A stretch of 64,000 nucleotides of DNA. It comes from a virus (lineage: Duplodnaviria; Caudoviricetes). Made by a program: the position numbers and the translations under genes. Where the stretch lies: the IMG/VR virus record IMGVR_UViG_3300033121_002101, positions 1-64,000 of that record; one strand, written 5' to 3'. This document shows, piece after piece, positions 17,278 through 27,100 of this stretch. Under the pieces are notes generated by a model. That model saw nothing but the letters and a program-made list of their open reading frames with translations, was not told where the DNA came from and did no database searches. Positions within the stretch are counted from its first letter, which is position 1. Every line of letters begins with the position of its first letter.

Positions 17278-17841
17278 ATGACAGGTAAAGACGCAGAAGT
17301 TTATATACAGTTGTTTTATAAGTGGGCAGAAAAAAGAAAAAACGATAAAATTTCAAGGATTCTTGTCGTTAATCCAGATCCTATGCAAGAATCTGTTATG
17401 AAAGCAGTTTTCCCAGGATCTAACGTTGTTTCTTTATCATATCCAACTGTTAATTTAGATACAGGTGATTTGCATGGAAACTATGACATAGTTTTTATTT
17501 CAAACACATTAATGTGTTCAGGTGATCCAGGAAAGTGGATTATGAATGCATTAAATTGTTCACGTGAAGTCTGGATACAAGAACTTGTTAGAGCATGGAG
17601 AGAAAGTAATTCTGAATTATCGCCGTTAACTGGTGATATATGCAGATTCACTTTTCCAAAAAGAAATGAAATTTCTAGAGTAGATGGATATGATTTAGAG
17701 TCTGATAATAGATTTTTAATGGAAGATATACATTTTTACAGTGATTTGCCAGGATCTGGCGATCATGATTGTAGAAAGTTTATAGCTGCTATTAAAAAAG
17801 CTGACAAAACAAAAGTTCAGTTAAATGATAAAATAAAATAA
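17278..17841 (+). CDS. Hypothetical protein, possibly a degenerate methyltransferase fold
   Basis: GNYDIVFISNTL...DP..WI resembles MTase motif IV. Confidence 0.4.
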   Translation: MTGKDAEVYIQLFYKWAEKRKNDKISRILVVNPDPMQESVMKAVFPGSNVVSLSYPTVNLDTGDLHGNYDIVFISNTLMCSGDPGKWIMNALNCSREVWIQELVRAWRESNSELSPLTGDICRFTFPKRNEISRVDGYDLESDNRFLMEDIHFYSDLPGSGDHDCRKFIAAIKKADKTKVQLNDKIK

Positions 17842-17866
17842 ACAATTTACGAAACGATTAATCATC

Positions 17867-17933
17867 AAGCTCCTTGTAACTATCTAAAATAAGATACTAA
17901 AAATCTTATTCTTTAGAGTGTTGCAAGGAGCTT
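17867..17933 (+). promoter_or_regulatory. Long hairpin sequestering the SD of 17937..18233
   Basis: AAGCTCCTTGTAAC...GTTGCAAGGAGCTT, with inner TCTAAA/TTTAGA and ATAAGAT/ATCTTAT stems. AAGGAG (17925-17930) is paired. Confidence 0.7.
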
Positions 17934-17936
17934 TTA

Positions 17937-18233
17937 ATGATTCATGAACATAGAAAATTATCGATAGAAAAAATAACTGAGATAATTTCTTATCAGATTG
18001 GTTTGCCGCAATCTGCAATTATTGAAGCAATAGCAAGAATTTTAAAGAAAACAGACGAAAGAATAAAAAGAGCTCAAAAAAAAGATCCTATATCTGGAGA
18101 AGCTGTTCTTGAGATGATGATTCTTCAATTTATGATTTCTTCTTTAGAAGATTTCCTTGAAGATGTCGATATAGAAGAAATCAAAAGCAATCGGAATGCT
18201 GCAGGCCTTCAAGAAAGAAAGTTCTCAAACTAA
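17937..18233 (+). CDS. Hypothetical protein
   Basis: ORF with AAGGAG SD. Confidence 0.65.
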   Translation: MIHEHRKLSIEKITEIISYQIGLPQSAIIEAIARILKKTDERIKRAQKKDPISGEAVLEMMILQFMISSLEDFLEDVDIEEIKSNRNAAGLQERKFSN

Positions 18234-18269
18234 GTTGATTTTGATGTTTTAATATGATAAAATCAATGA

Positions 18270-18539
18270 GTGATCATATTCTTTTTTCTATTTGGTCTTT
18301 TGTTTGATACGCTTTGGGTTCTTTGCATACATTTTGTAAGTAATAGAAAAAGACGAGGATTTCGCCATTTTGCAATGCTTACTTCAGTGCTGTTGGCCGC
18401 ATTAAGTGCCTATACCGGCGCCCAAATAGCACGTGATTTAAGCTTAATAATTCCAGAAATTCTAGGAATATCGGTTGGCACTTATTTGGGGTTATATGTC
18501 GCAGATCGTATCGATGAAAAACATGTGGAAGACGTTTGA
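18270..18539 (+). CDS. Small three-TM membrane protein
   Basis: Three hydrophobic helices, G...GTYLG motif. Confidence 0.6.
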   Translation: MIIFFFLFGLLFDTLWVLCIHFVSNRKRRGFRHFAMLTSVLLAALSAYTGAQIARDLSLIIPEILGISVGTYLGLYVADRIDEKHVEDV

Positions 18540-19032
18540 CGGCCTTCATGGTATTAACATCCCTAATTGGATCAAAACGCATTCAAAAGAAGGCCAAGAC
18601 ATCATCATAGGTACAGATTCTCAGCAAGTTGGAAATCAATTTACTGAGTTTGCAACTGTTATTGTCATTGAACGTTCAATTTCCTCAAACAGGGCAGTTG
18701 TTGCGCAGAGGAAGTGGAGAGTTCCTCGTATCAATCAATTGCGCCAGCGTTTGCTGGAAGAAACACTTGCATCTATTGAAACTGCAATTGAAATCACGAA
18801 ACCAGAAGATTTTACTGAAGAAGATATTACGAATGACAACATAATCGGATTCGGTGGACCATGTGAAGGCAGACAAATCAAAATTCACATTGATGCGAAT
18901 CAAAATATTGAATTTAAGTCTGCTTCTTGGTCGCAACAGCTTGTTGGACTTGTTGTCGGATCTGGTTATGATTGCGCTTTGAAGCCACATGCATGGGCAT
19001 CGTCTTCTGTTGCTGATAGGCTCATTAAATGA
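18475..19032 (+). CDS. RNase H-like YkuK/DUF458 family protein (true start probably later, MWKTF)
   Basis: IIIGTDSQ, RLLEET..SI, IHIDAN and KPHAWASSSVAD. Confidence 0.88.
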   Translation: MALIWGYMSQIVSMKNMWKTFDGLHGINIPNWIKTHSKEGQDIIIGTDSQQVGNQFTEFATVIVIERSISSNRAVVAQRKWRVPRINQLRQRLLEETLASIETAIEITKPEDFTEEDITNDNIIGFGGPCEGRQIKIHIDANQNIEFKSASWSQQLVGLVVGSGYDCALKPHAWASSSVADRLIK

Positions 19033-19559
19033 TTGTTATTTTAAGAGGTGCATCAGGCTCAGGAAAATCAACTCTCGCAAAGAAAGTAAAAGATTTCTTT
19101 TATTCAGAAATTTCTGAATTTGAATATTCTGATACAATCGCTAAAGATATTAAAAAATATTCTAGTGATGTAAGTGCAAAATGTGAGATAGTTTCTGCAG
19201 ATGACTTTTTTGTAGATGCAAATGGCATTTACAGATTTGATGCTTCAAAGTTAAGTGAAGCTCACTCATCTTGTAAAAATAAATTTCTTGACTTAGCAGT
19301 AAACAGTAATAATGTTATTGTCGTAGACAATACGAATACAACTTTTAAAGAAGTAAACAGTTACTGCTCAAATTTGCCTCAAGATCATGAAATCTATATT
19401 TTAGAAAAATGGTGTTCACCAGAAGAAAGTTTCAATAGAAATTTGCATTCTGTTCCTTTACACACGATAAAAAAGCAGATGAATAATCTGTCTTCTTCAC
19501 AAAAGCAAATTTTCAATATTGAAAATGTTAAAGAAATTGTTATAGTGACTTCAGACTGA
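19029..19559 (+). CDS. P-loop kinase (AAA_33, N4BP2/PNK-like)
   Basis: LRGASGSGKST, SADDFF, AH..C, VVDNTN and RNLHSVP. Confidence 0.88.
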   Translation: MIVILRGASGSGKSTLAKKVKDFFYSEISEFEYSDTIAKDIKKYSSDVSAKCEIVSADDFFVDANGIYRFDASKLSEAHSSCKNKFLDLAVNSNNVIVVDNTNTTFKEVNSYCSNLPQDHEIYILEKWCSPEESFNRNLHSVPLHTIKKQMNNLSSSQKQIFNIENVKEIVIVTSD

Positions 19560-19847
19560 ATTATCTTCTCTTAATTCTAAGAGAATGGCTGTAAATCTTA
19601 CAGATATTTCTTCAAAACAAGTAAATGTTTCTTTATGCCCGTCTGGATATTCAGCTATAAGCAGATATCCGACGGGTTTGTCTATTTCCTTCAAAAGAGA
19701 TGGAAACATTTTGCTTCTATCTGGCATTTTTTCGTAAAGCGGTCTTTGATAAATCAAAGTATACCAGCGATTCGTAGCAGATATGTATCTGCACTGTTCT
19801 TTTACTAATTCTCCAGCAGATGCTTCTGGAATATCATGATCATCCAT
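19551..19847 (-). CDS. Hypothetical protein
   Basis: ORF filling the gap, divergent from the C39 gene. Confidence 0.5.
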   Translation of the reverse strand: MDDHDIPEASAGELVKEQCRYISATNRWYTLIYQRPLYEKMPDRSKMFPSLLKEIDKPVGYLLIAEYPDGHKETFTCFEEISVRFTAILLELREDNSV

Positions 19848-19906
19848 AAAATATAATTTTATACAAAAGAATTATTCTTTAATCGCTTTTATACAATTTA
19901 AACATT

Positions 19907-20377
19907 GTGAAGTACCAAAAAACAGACTATACTTGCGGACCAGCATCGATAGTGAATGCTCTTAGAGCGTTGGGAATAAAATTATCAGAAACAACAGTTG
20001 CCGAACTTTCTGGTGCAGATAAAGATGAAGGTGTAAACGAAAAAGGAATAATCAAATCTTTAAAATCATTAGGCTATTCATATGATATTCTACCAGATGT
20101 AACAGATTCAGAAGAAGCATGGAAGTGGTTAATATATCATCTAACGATAGGGCATCCAGTTATTCTATGCGTAGAACATTTCTCTCATTGGTCATCAGCT
20201 GTCGGTATACTTGGAAATAAAAGAATAATATACGTAGATCCGCAAGATGGTTTAGAGAGTAATAGAAGAGAGAACGGAGTAAGAAGTCTTTCTAGAACAG
20301 GTATTATAAGAATATGGGGATCTAGAGGCAGAGGGTATAAAAGAAAATACTATGGAATAGCTATCTTAAATAAATAA
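19907..20377 (+). CDS. Stand-alone C39-like cysteine peptidase
   Basis: YQKTDYTCGPAS (Q..C), HW and YVDP give a Cys-His-Asp triad. Confidence 0.85.
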   Translation: MKYQKTDYTCGPASIVNALRALGIKLSETTVAELSGADKDEGVNEKGIIKSLKSLGYSYDILPDVTDSEEAWKWLIYHLTIGHPVILCVEHFSHWSSAVGILGNKRIIYVDPQDGLESNRRENGVRSLSRTGIIRIWGSRGRGYKRKYYGIAILNK

Positions 20378-20433
20378 GATAATAGTTATATATATATAAG
20401 ATATTATCTTATAATATAGTATAATATAAGATA
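20362..20433. repeat. AT-rich cluster of five TAAGATA heptamers in mixed orientation
   Basis: TATCTTA at 20362 and 20405, TAAGATA at 20375, 20397 and 20427, around a (TA)n run. Confidence 0.75.
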
Positions 20434-20490
20434 GATTTATTCCCGTCCAGTCCAAGACAGATTTTATATTGAATAATTATATAATAACAT

Positions 20491-20880
20491 ATGGCGTCAA
20501 AAAGCGAACTTGAATCACAAAATGCACTTCTTTTATCGGAAGTTGAAAATTTAAAGCAAACGATAGAATCGTTGTCAAATGGCGAAAGTGTATCCATTCA
20601 GGATAATGATAGCTCTTCAGAAAAAGAAACGATAAATGCTTTACTAAAAGATTTGGAAAACGAGAAAAAAGTAAGTGCATCACTAACAACCAAGGTAGGA
20701 TCACTTGAGAACACACTCAGTGCACTACGTGACGACCTTTCACATGCCTTGGCCGCTAATACCACTGTAAAAAACAAGCCCGTAGCGAGCACTACGGTAT
20801 ACACAGCAAAAGAGATACATTACCTCTATCATCGTAGAGAAGTTGATGATGATGTTACATTCGTTGCGTTGGAAAAATAA
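20491..20880 (+). CDS. Coiled-coil hypothetical protein
   Basis: Heptad-rich ORF. Confidence 0.65.
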   Translation: MASKSELESQNALLLSEVENLKQTIESLSNGESVSIQDNDSSSEKETINALLKDLENEKKVSASLTTKVGSLENTLSALRDDLSHALAANTTVKNKPVASTTVYTAKEIHYLYHRREVDDDVTFVALEK

Positions 20881-20894
20881 TTTATAATTTATAA

Positions 20895-21827
20895 ATGTCA
20901 AAAAATAGCGAGAAGAAGGAAATCGTAAGATTACCTGTCATACCGCAGCAAAGAGAAAAAATTTCATACAGTGAATGGCAATGTTTTAAAACTGTATGCC
21001 AATATCGTTGGTATTTAGACTATTCTCTGAACAAGAGATCTAAAGATGAAAGTCTTGCTCTTGATTTTGGAACGACTTTACACAGTGTGATTGGTGCAAT
21101 GTACTGTGTAAAAAAAGAAGATAGAATTTCTATAGACGATGCACTTTTAATGTTTGACTGCTTACTTGATGCTTCTTTAGAAAAACTAACGAATTTAAAA
21201 CAATTGCCGTATGGCCCATGGCAGCAAGATGAAGCAGGGAATTATATTCAAAGTTCAGCTCCAGAAGCAGTTAGAAAATCTGGAAAAGATCTTATAATTG
21301 CTGCTCAGGATGTTGATATTTTCAAGAACAGTGACGTTTTAAAGATTGAATGGGAAATTGCTGATTCTTTAGATAGAGATGATTCTTCGATAGGTTTTAA
21401 AGGATTTGTCGATATAATTTTTCTAATAAAAGATAAGCGCGGCAAAAATGTTATTGTTATTGGTGACATCAAAACATGCAAATGGGGCTGGCCGTTTAAG
21501 AAGTTTGAAGACCCGAATATCCTAGCTCAGGTAAGACTTTACAAACACTTTTTTTGTAAGCAATTTAAAATCGATCCAAAAAAAGTAAGAACAGCTTATT
21601 TGCTTTTCAAAAAAGAACCAAGAAAATCAGATAAAGAATTAATACAGTTTACTCAAGTACCGTCGAGTGAAAGAGACATCTCAAGAACAATATCTTCCAT
21701 GCAAGAAGATATTACAAAAATGAGATCAGGCGAATACGAAAAAAATAGAGAAAATTGTGTAAAACCATGGGGACAGTGTCCTTATTTTGGAACGATTGAT
21801 TGCCCAGCACCAGAGTCAGTAGAATGA
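20895..21827 (+). CDS. PD-(D/E)XK nuclease (Cas4/RecB-like exonuclease)
   Basis: ISYS..C, FGTTLH, E...GFVD...DIKT, QVRLY and C-terminal C....CPY...C. Confidence 0.88.
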   Translation: MSKNSEKKEIVRLPVIPQQREKISYSEWQCFKTVCQYRWYLDYSLNKRSKDESLALDFGTTLHSVIGAMYCVKKEDRISIDDALLMFDCLLDASLEKLTNLKQLPYGPWQQDEAGNYIQSSAPEAVRKSGKDLIIAAQDVDIFKNSDVLKIEWEIADSLDRDDSSIGFKGFVDIIFLIKDKRGKNVIVIGDIKTCKWGWPFKKFEDPNILAQVRLYKHFFCKQFKIDPKKVRTAYLLFKKEPRKSDKELIQFTQVPSSERDISRTISSMQEDITKMRSGEYEKNRENCVKPWGQCPYFGTIDCPAPESVE

Positions 21828-21846
21828 TTGAAAAACTAGCTAATGT

Positions 21847-23211
21847 GTGCAAAACAAGAGAAAAAAAATACTTTTACTGAGTGATCATCCACTCGCTCCG
21901 TCTGGTGTAGGTACACAAGCAAAATACATGATCGAGGGCCTTTTAAGGACTCAAAAATATAGTTTTTTGTGTTTTGGTGGTGCTATAAAGCATCCAGATT
22001 ATAGAATACAGAATATTGCACCTGATGTTTTTGGTGATAAAAACTGGTTAATCATGCCAGTAGATGGACACGGCAATAAGGAAATTATGCGTCGTGTGTT
22101 AAGAGAAGAAAAGCCAGATGCTGTTGTAATTTTTACAGACCCAAGATTTTTTTATTGGGTTTGGGAAATGGAAGATGAAGTCAGGTCTGTTTGTCCATTG
22201 GTTTACTGGCATGTCTGGGACAATGATCCAGCTCCGGAATATAATATGAGTTTTTATAACTCAACAGATTTTATTTCAGCTCTTTCGCTGAAAACATACG
22301 GTCTTCTGCAAAAGCTTGGATATGATAAATCAAGATTCAATTACATTCCTCATTCTGAACCAACTGGGCTTTTTAAGCCTCTATCAGAAGATGATGTGAT
22401 GAGATTTAGATTAGAACAATATGGACCGCATGGTGATCCAAAGAGATTTATAGTTTTCTGGAACAATAGAAATGCTAGACGCAAACATCCAGGAGATGTC
22501 ATAAGAGCATTCAACTTATTTCTTGATATGGAAGGCGTGTCTAGAGATAGGTGTTCTTTAATGATGCACACAAAGCCAGACGATGCAGAGGGTCAAGATA
22601 TTGTTAAAATATCTAGAGCTCTTGGGATAGAGAAGAATATGATATTCTCTACAGATGTTGTAGAACCAGCTCAGTTAAACATGTTTTATAATGCAGCTGA
22701 TGTTACTATTAACATTGCTTCAAATGAAGGATTCGGTTTGACAACACTTGAGTCTATTTTTGCTGGTACACCAATCATAGCAAATTTCACAGGTGGCCTT
22801 CAGTTTCAGATAGGAGATTGGTGGGAGAAATTAACTGATTTTTCTTCACAAGAAGAAATGACTGCACTTGCGAAAAAGCAATGGAATAAATTTTCTGCTA
22901 AAGGTTTTGCTGTTGGTGAAAGTGGGTCAAATTTCTGGGGAGTACCTGCTTTTCCAGAAGTAAGATCTATGGTAGGTTCTCAAGCAACTCCATACATTTA
23001 TGATGACTGTGTAAGCAATGAACAAGTAGCAAGAGGATTACACAAGCTTTATAAAATTGGAAGAAAACAAAGAAAAGCATTGGGCAAAGCTGCAAGTGAA
23101 TGGGCACACAAAAAATTCTCAATGAGTGATATGATATCTTCTTGGGACTCAACGTTAACAAATGCAATTGATAATCACAAACCAAGAGAAATATCAATTG
23201 TTTCAATTTGA
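21847..23211 (+). CDS. Glycosyltransferase, GT4 (GT-B)
   Basis: LLSDHP..PSGVG, NNRNARRK, and EGFGLTTLES (EX7E). Confidence 0.92.
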   Translation: MQNKRKKILLLSDHPLAPSGVGTQAKYMIEGLLRTQKYSFLCFGGAIKHPDYRIQNIAPDVFGDKNWLIMPVDGHGNKEIMRRVLREEKPDAVVIFTDPRFFYWVWEMEDEVRSVCPLVYWHVWDNDPAPEYNMSFYNSTDFISALSLKTYGLLQKLGYDKSRFNYIPHSEPTGLFKPLSEDDVMRFRLEQYGPHGDPKRFIVFWNNRNARRKHPGDVIRAFNLFLDMEGVSRDRCSLMMHTKPDDAEGQDIVKISRALGIEKNMIFSTDVVEPAQLNMFYNAADVTINIASNEGFGLTTLESIFAGTPIIANFTGGLQFQIGDWWEKLTDFSSQEEMTALAKKQWNKFSAKGFAVGESGSNFWGVPAFPEVRSMVGSQATPYIYDDCVSNEQVARGLHKLYKIGRKQRKALGKAASEWAHKKFSMSDMISSWDSTLTNAIDNHKPREISIVSI

Positions 23212-23229
23212 AAGAAAGGGAAAAATATT

Positions 23230-24189
23230 TTGCCTGGAGTAGTAGTTTTTGGAGGAGCTGGTTTTATTGGCTCTCATATTGTCGATGAATTGATGGTTCA
23301 AGGCTCTCAAGTAACTGTATTTGATAATCTCTCAGAAGGAAAAAAAGAGAATATTCAAAGATGGCTTGGCCACAAGAATTTTAATTTTATACTTGGCGAT
23401 ATTAGAGATGAAAATCTTGTTAGAAGAGCTTGTGATGGCAAGTTTGGAGTACTGCACTTAGCAGCATGTTCAAGAATACAACCATCTATCACAGATCCGA
23501 TTATGGCTTTTTCGCAAAACTATATCGGCACAGCGAATGTGTTAGAAGCAGCTAGACAAGGTGGAGTAAAAAGAGTAGTTTACTCAGCAAGTTCGTCTGC
23601 ATATGGAAGAAAAAACGACAAACTGTGTGAAGATAAGACTGGACTCACTGAAGATTTAGAAACAGAGTGTTTAAATCCATATTCATTATCTAAAAAAGGT
23701 GGTGAAGAGCTGTGTGCTCTTTATAACAATTTTTATGATCTTTCAACATGCAGCTTAAGATATTTTAATGTTTATGGACCAAGACACCAAGAATCTGGTG
23801 CATATGCAACTGTAATAGCGATATTTAGAAAACAGAAGAGGCTATCACAGGATTTGACGATAGTTGGAGACGGAAATCAAAGAAGAGACTTCACTTTTGT
23901 TAGTGATGTTGTTAGAGCAAACATGCTTGCTCTTTACAATCATGAAGCAGTAGGAACATTTAATGTAGGGTCTGGAAAAAACTACAGTATAAATGAACTC
24001 GCTGAAATGATAGGTGGTCCAGCTGTTCACATTCCTCCACGTCTCGGCGAGGCAAATGTTACACTTTCTAACTGTGAGAAAGCAGATAGAGTACTTGGCT
24101 GGAAGCCTGCAGTTAGCCTTTCTCAAGGACTTGAGTTAATAGATCTTTACGAAAAGAAATATTCACCAAGTGGAATTATAACTCTGTGA
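23230..24189 (+). CDS. NAD-dependent nucleotide-sugar epimerase/dehydratase
   Basis: GGAGFIG, SASSSAYG, YSLSK, LRYFNVYGP and QRRDF. Confidence 0.93.
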   Translation: MPGVVVFGGAGFIGSHIVDELMVQGSQVTVFDNLSEGKKENIQRWLGHKNFNFILGDIRDENLVRRACDGKFGVLHLAACSRIQPSITDPIMAFSQNYIGTANVLEAARQGGVKRVVYSASSSAYGRKNDKLCEDKTGLTEDLETECLNPYSLSKKGGEELCALYNNFYDLSTCSLRYFNVYGPRHQESGAYATVIAIFRKQKRLSQDLTIVGDGNQRRDFTFVSDVVRANMLALYNHEAVGTFNVGSGKNYSINELAEMIGGPAVHIPPRLGEANVTLSNCEKADRVLGWKPAVSLSQGLELIDLYEKKYSPSGIITL

Positions 24190-27100
24190 TTGGAGATATT
24201 AGTGAGTAATAGAACTGTTCATTTTTTCGGACCTGTGTTAACAGCTTCAGGTTATGGCGTGCATGCAAGACAAGTGTTAAAAGCGCTTGTTGATTCTCAG
24301 TATGATGTGTATGTTGAAGCTGTCAGGTGGGGAGAGACTCCCCAAATAGACAATCGTGAAGTAGAATGGATAAAGCCATTAATAGAAAAATGGAAAGAAA
24401 ATCCAGGTGCGAAAAGAGACATTTCTGTACAAGTTACTATTCCAAATGAGTTTAAACGTTGTGCACGTCTTAACATCGGAGTAACTGCTGGAATAGAGGT
24501 AGATCGCGTATCACCATCATGGCTTCAAAAAGTCAATGATGAAGTTGATTTGTTAATAGTGCCATCTAAACATTCAGCTGAAACATTTAAAAACACAAAA
24601 TATAAGTCGAATGACGGTAATATACTTGCTTTAAATGTGCCAGTTATTGTTGTTCCAGAATCTGTTCCTGAAGAGTTTGTAGCAGATCGTTCATTAAAGT
24701 TTTCAAGACTTGATGATAGTTTGCCAAGTTCTAACTTGCTTGTTGTTGGTCTTGGCCTCGATAGAGCAATGGGAGAAGATAGAAAAAATATTTCGAATAC
24801 AATTTTTTGGTTTTTAAAAGAATTTGCTGGCAGAGAAGATGTTGGGCTTGTACTAAAAGTTAGTATGATAAACAATACTCTTCTTGATAGAGAAGCTATA
24901 ACAAACAGAATAAAATCTATCAGAGAAGCATCTGGTGTTGGAAAGTATCCGAAAATTACTTTGTTACACGGAATGATGTCAACACCTGAAATGTGCCTTT
25001 TATACAACGATAAAAGAATAAAGGGACTTATAAGTCTTACGCATGGTGAAGGTTTTGGTCTTCCGATGTTAGAAGCACTTGCATGTGGTTTGCCAGTAGC
25101 TGCGACATCGTGGTCTGGCCATCTTGACTTTCTTTTAAATGATTTTGTACCAATTCAGTATAAAGTTGAAAAGATACCGCAGTCATTTGTATGGCCTGGT
25201 GTCGTAGAACAAGATTCACAATGGGCAAGTGTAGATGAAACATCTGCAAGACTTGCAATGAAAACTTTAATAGAAGATGATGGAACACTTGCTGAGAAAG
25301 CAATGTCTGCATCTGAAAGAGTTCGTATTTCGAACTCACAATACTCTTTATGCAGTTCGTTTAAAGATATTCTTGCAGACGCTTGGAAACAAGTAGTAAG
25401 ATTGAGACCAGAAACGAGAGAAGAAACCGTAGCTGTTTTACGTGATAATTTTACAAGAAAGCAGCATGAAGAAACGTTAATATTCACAATGCCAATGTCT
25501 GGCGGTGATGTTTATCTGTCTACAGGTGTATTAAATGCTGTTTTGTCAAAAATTGAAAATGAAAATGGTGGAATTAGACCATATGTGTTTTTTGCAACAA
25601 AACAACAATACAGGTCTATTCTAGATGACAATACTGACATAGATGAAATTATTGAATGGCAGCCATGGATGCAGGATGTTGGCTTGCTTGAAGATACATT
25701 TACGCATGTATATACACCAAACCTCCCAATACAAATGGTTTGGTCAAATTGGGTTCATAGAGGAAAAGGTAGAAATATTTTAGATGAAATGGCTGTTCAT
25801 TGTAATTTACAGCCAAATCATTGGAACAAGCCAAGAATAAGTTTAGTTCCTATCAATGGAATTAAAGAAGATTGCTTTAATGTTGTAATTCATACAGGAA
25901 GTGGCCATGGCCAATGGGGTGCTAGAAGATACAACAATTGGCAAGATGTAGTTGACAACATAAAACGACTTTGGGATGAAAGCTTTTATGGAAAAAATGT
26001 AAAGCTTAGCATATATCAAGTCGGTTTACCAGATGAGCCAGAACTCAAAAATGTTATAGACATGAGAGGTAGAACGCCATTATACGGACAGCTTGCATAT
26101 GTTGTTTCAAAAGCAGACGTTGTTGTATCAATAGATTCTATTGTGATGCATTTAGCTGCACACAATAACATTATGCATGTATCACTTTTTGGTGGTTCAT
26201 ACTCAAAATCAACCGGTGCCGTTTCAAAAGCAGCAAAACAGTGCCTAATTGAAACAGATGACAGAAATGGTTGTGAAAGAGCATGTTATAAAAATGAGTG
26301 CTCAGTTGACAAAGAGAATCCATGTATCAATAACATTTCTCCAATAAATGTTGTCGAATCATTCTTTAATGTCGCAGCCACTAAAACAAAAGACACAGAT
26401 GTAGCTCAAAAAGTTAAAAGTGAATTTAAATTTAGAACTCCAACAATTTCAGGATACACACATACTTTCAATGCAAAAAAGAATGGATACCCATTTGTTC
26501 AATCAATAAAGAGTATGTTAGGTTTCTGTTCAGAAGTTGTTGTTGTTGACGGCGGTTCCACAGATGGAACAATCGATGATCTGAAAGAAATTAACGATCC
26601 AAAGCTCAAAGTAATCCATAATGCGTGGGATGATTCTGAGCCTGGTATGGATGGAATGCAAAAAGCATTTGGAAGAATGTTTTGTGATCCATCATCAGAA
26701 TTTCTTTGGCAGCAGGATTGTGATGAGATAGTTCATGAATCAGATTATGAAAAAATCATAAGCATTGCAAAAATGTTTCCGCCAAATGTAGATCTCATTC
26801 ACTTACCTGTTGTAGAGCTGTGGGGTGATGATAAACATTTTAGAACAGATAGACATGCATGGAAATGGCGTATGTCTAGAAACGTGTTTAATGTAACACA
26901 CGGAATAGTTGATCACGCAAGATTAACTGGTGATGATGGTAGAACATACGCAAAAGAAGGTATGTCAGATGGCTGCGAATATATCGATATGCTAACAGGA
27001 AAATATGTTCCACATGTTGGCTTCTGGAATGAGAGATTAGAAAAACTTAGAGTAAATGATCCTGTTTCATACGGAAAAGAAATGAATTTGTTATTCGACA

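Noticed and set aside
20895-21827. Cas4-like nuclease as part of a CRISPR system
   Set aside because: No cas1/cas2 or array is present, and stand-alone PD-(D/E)XK exonucleases are common in phages.
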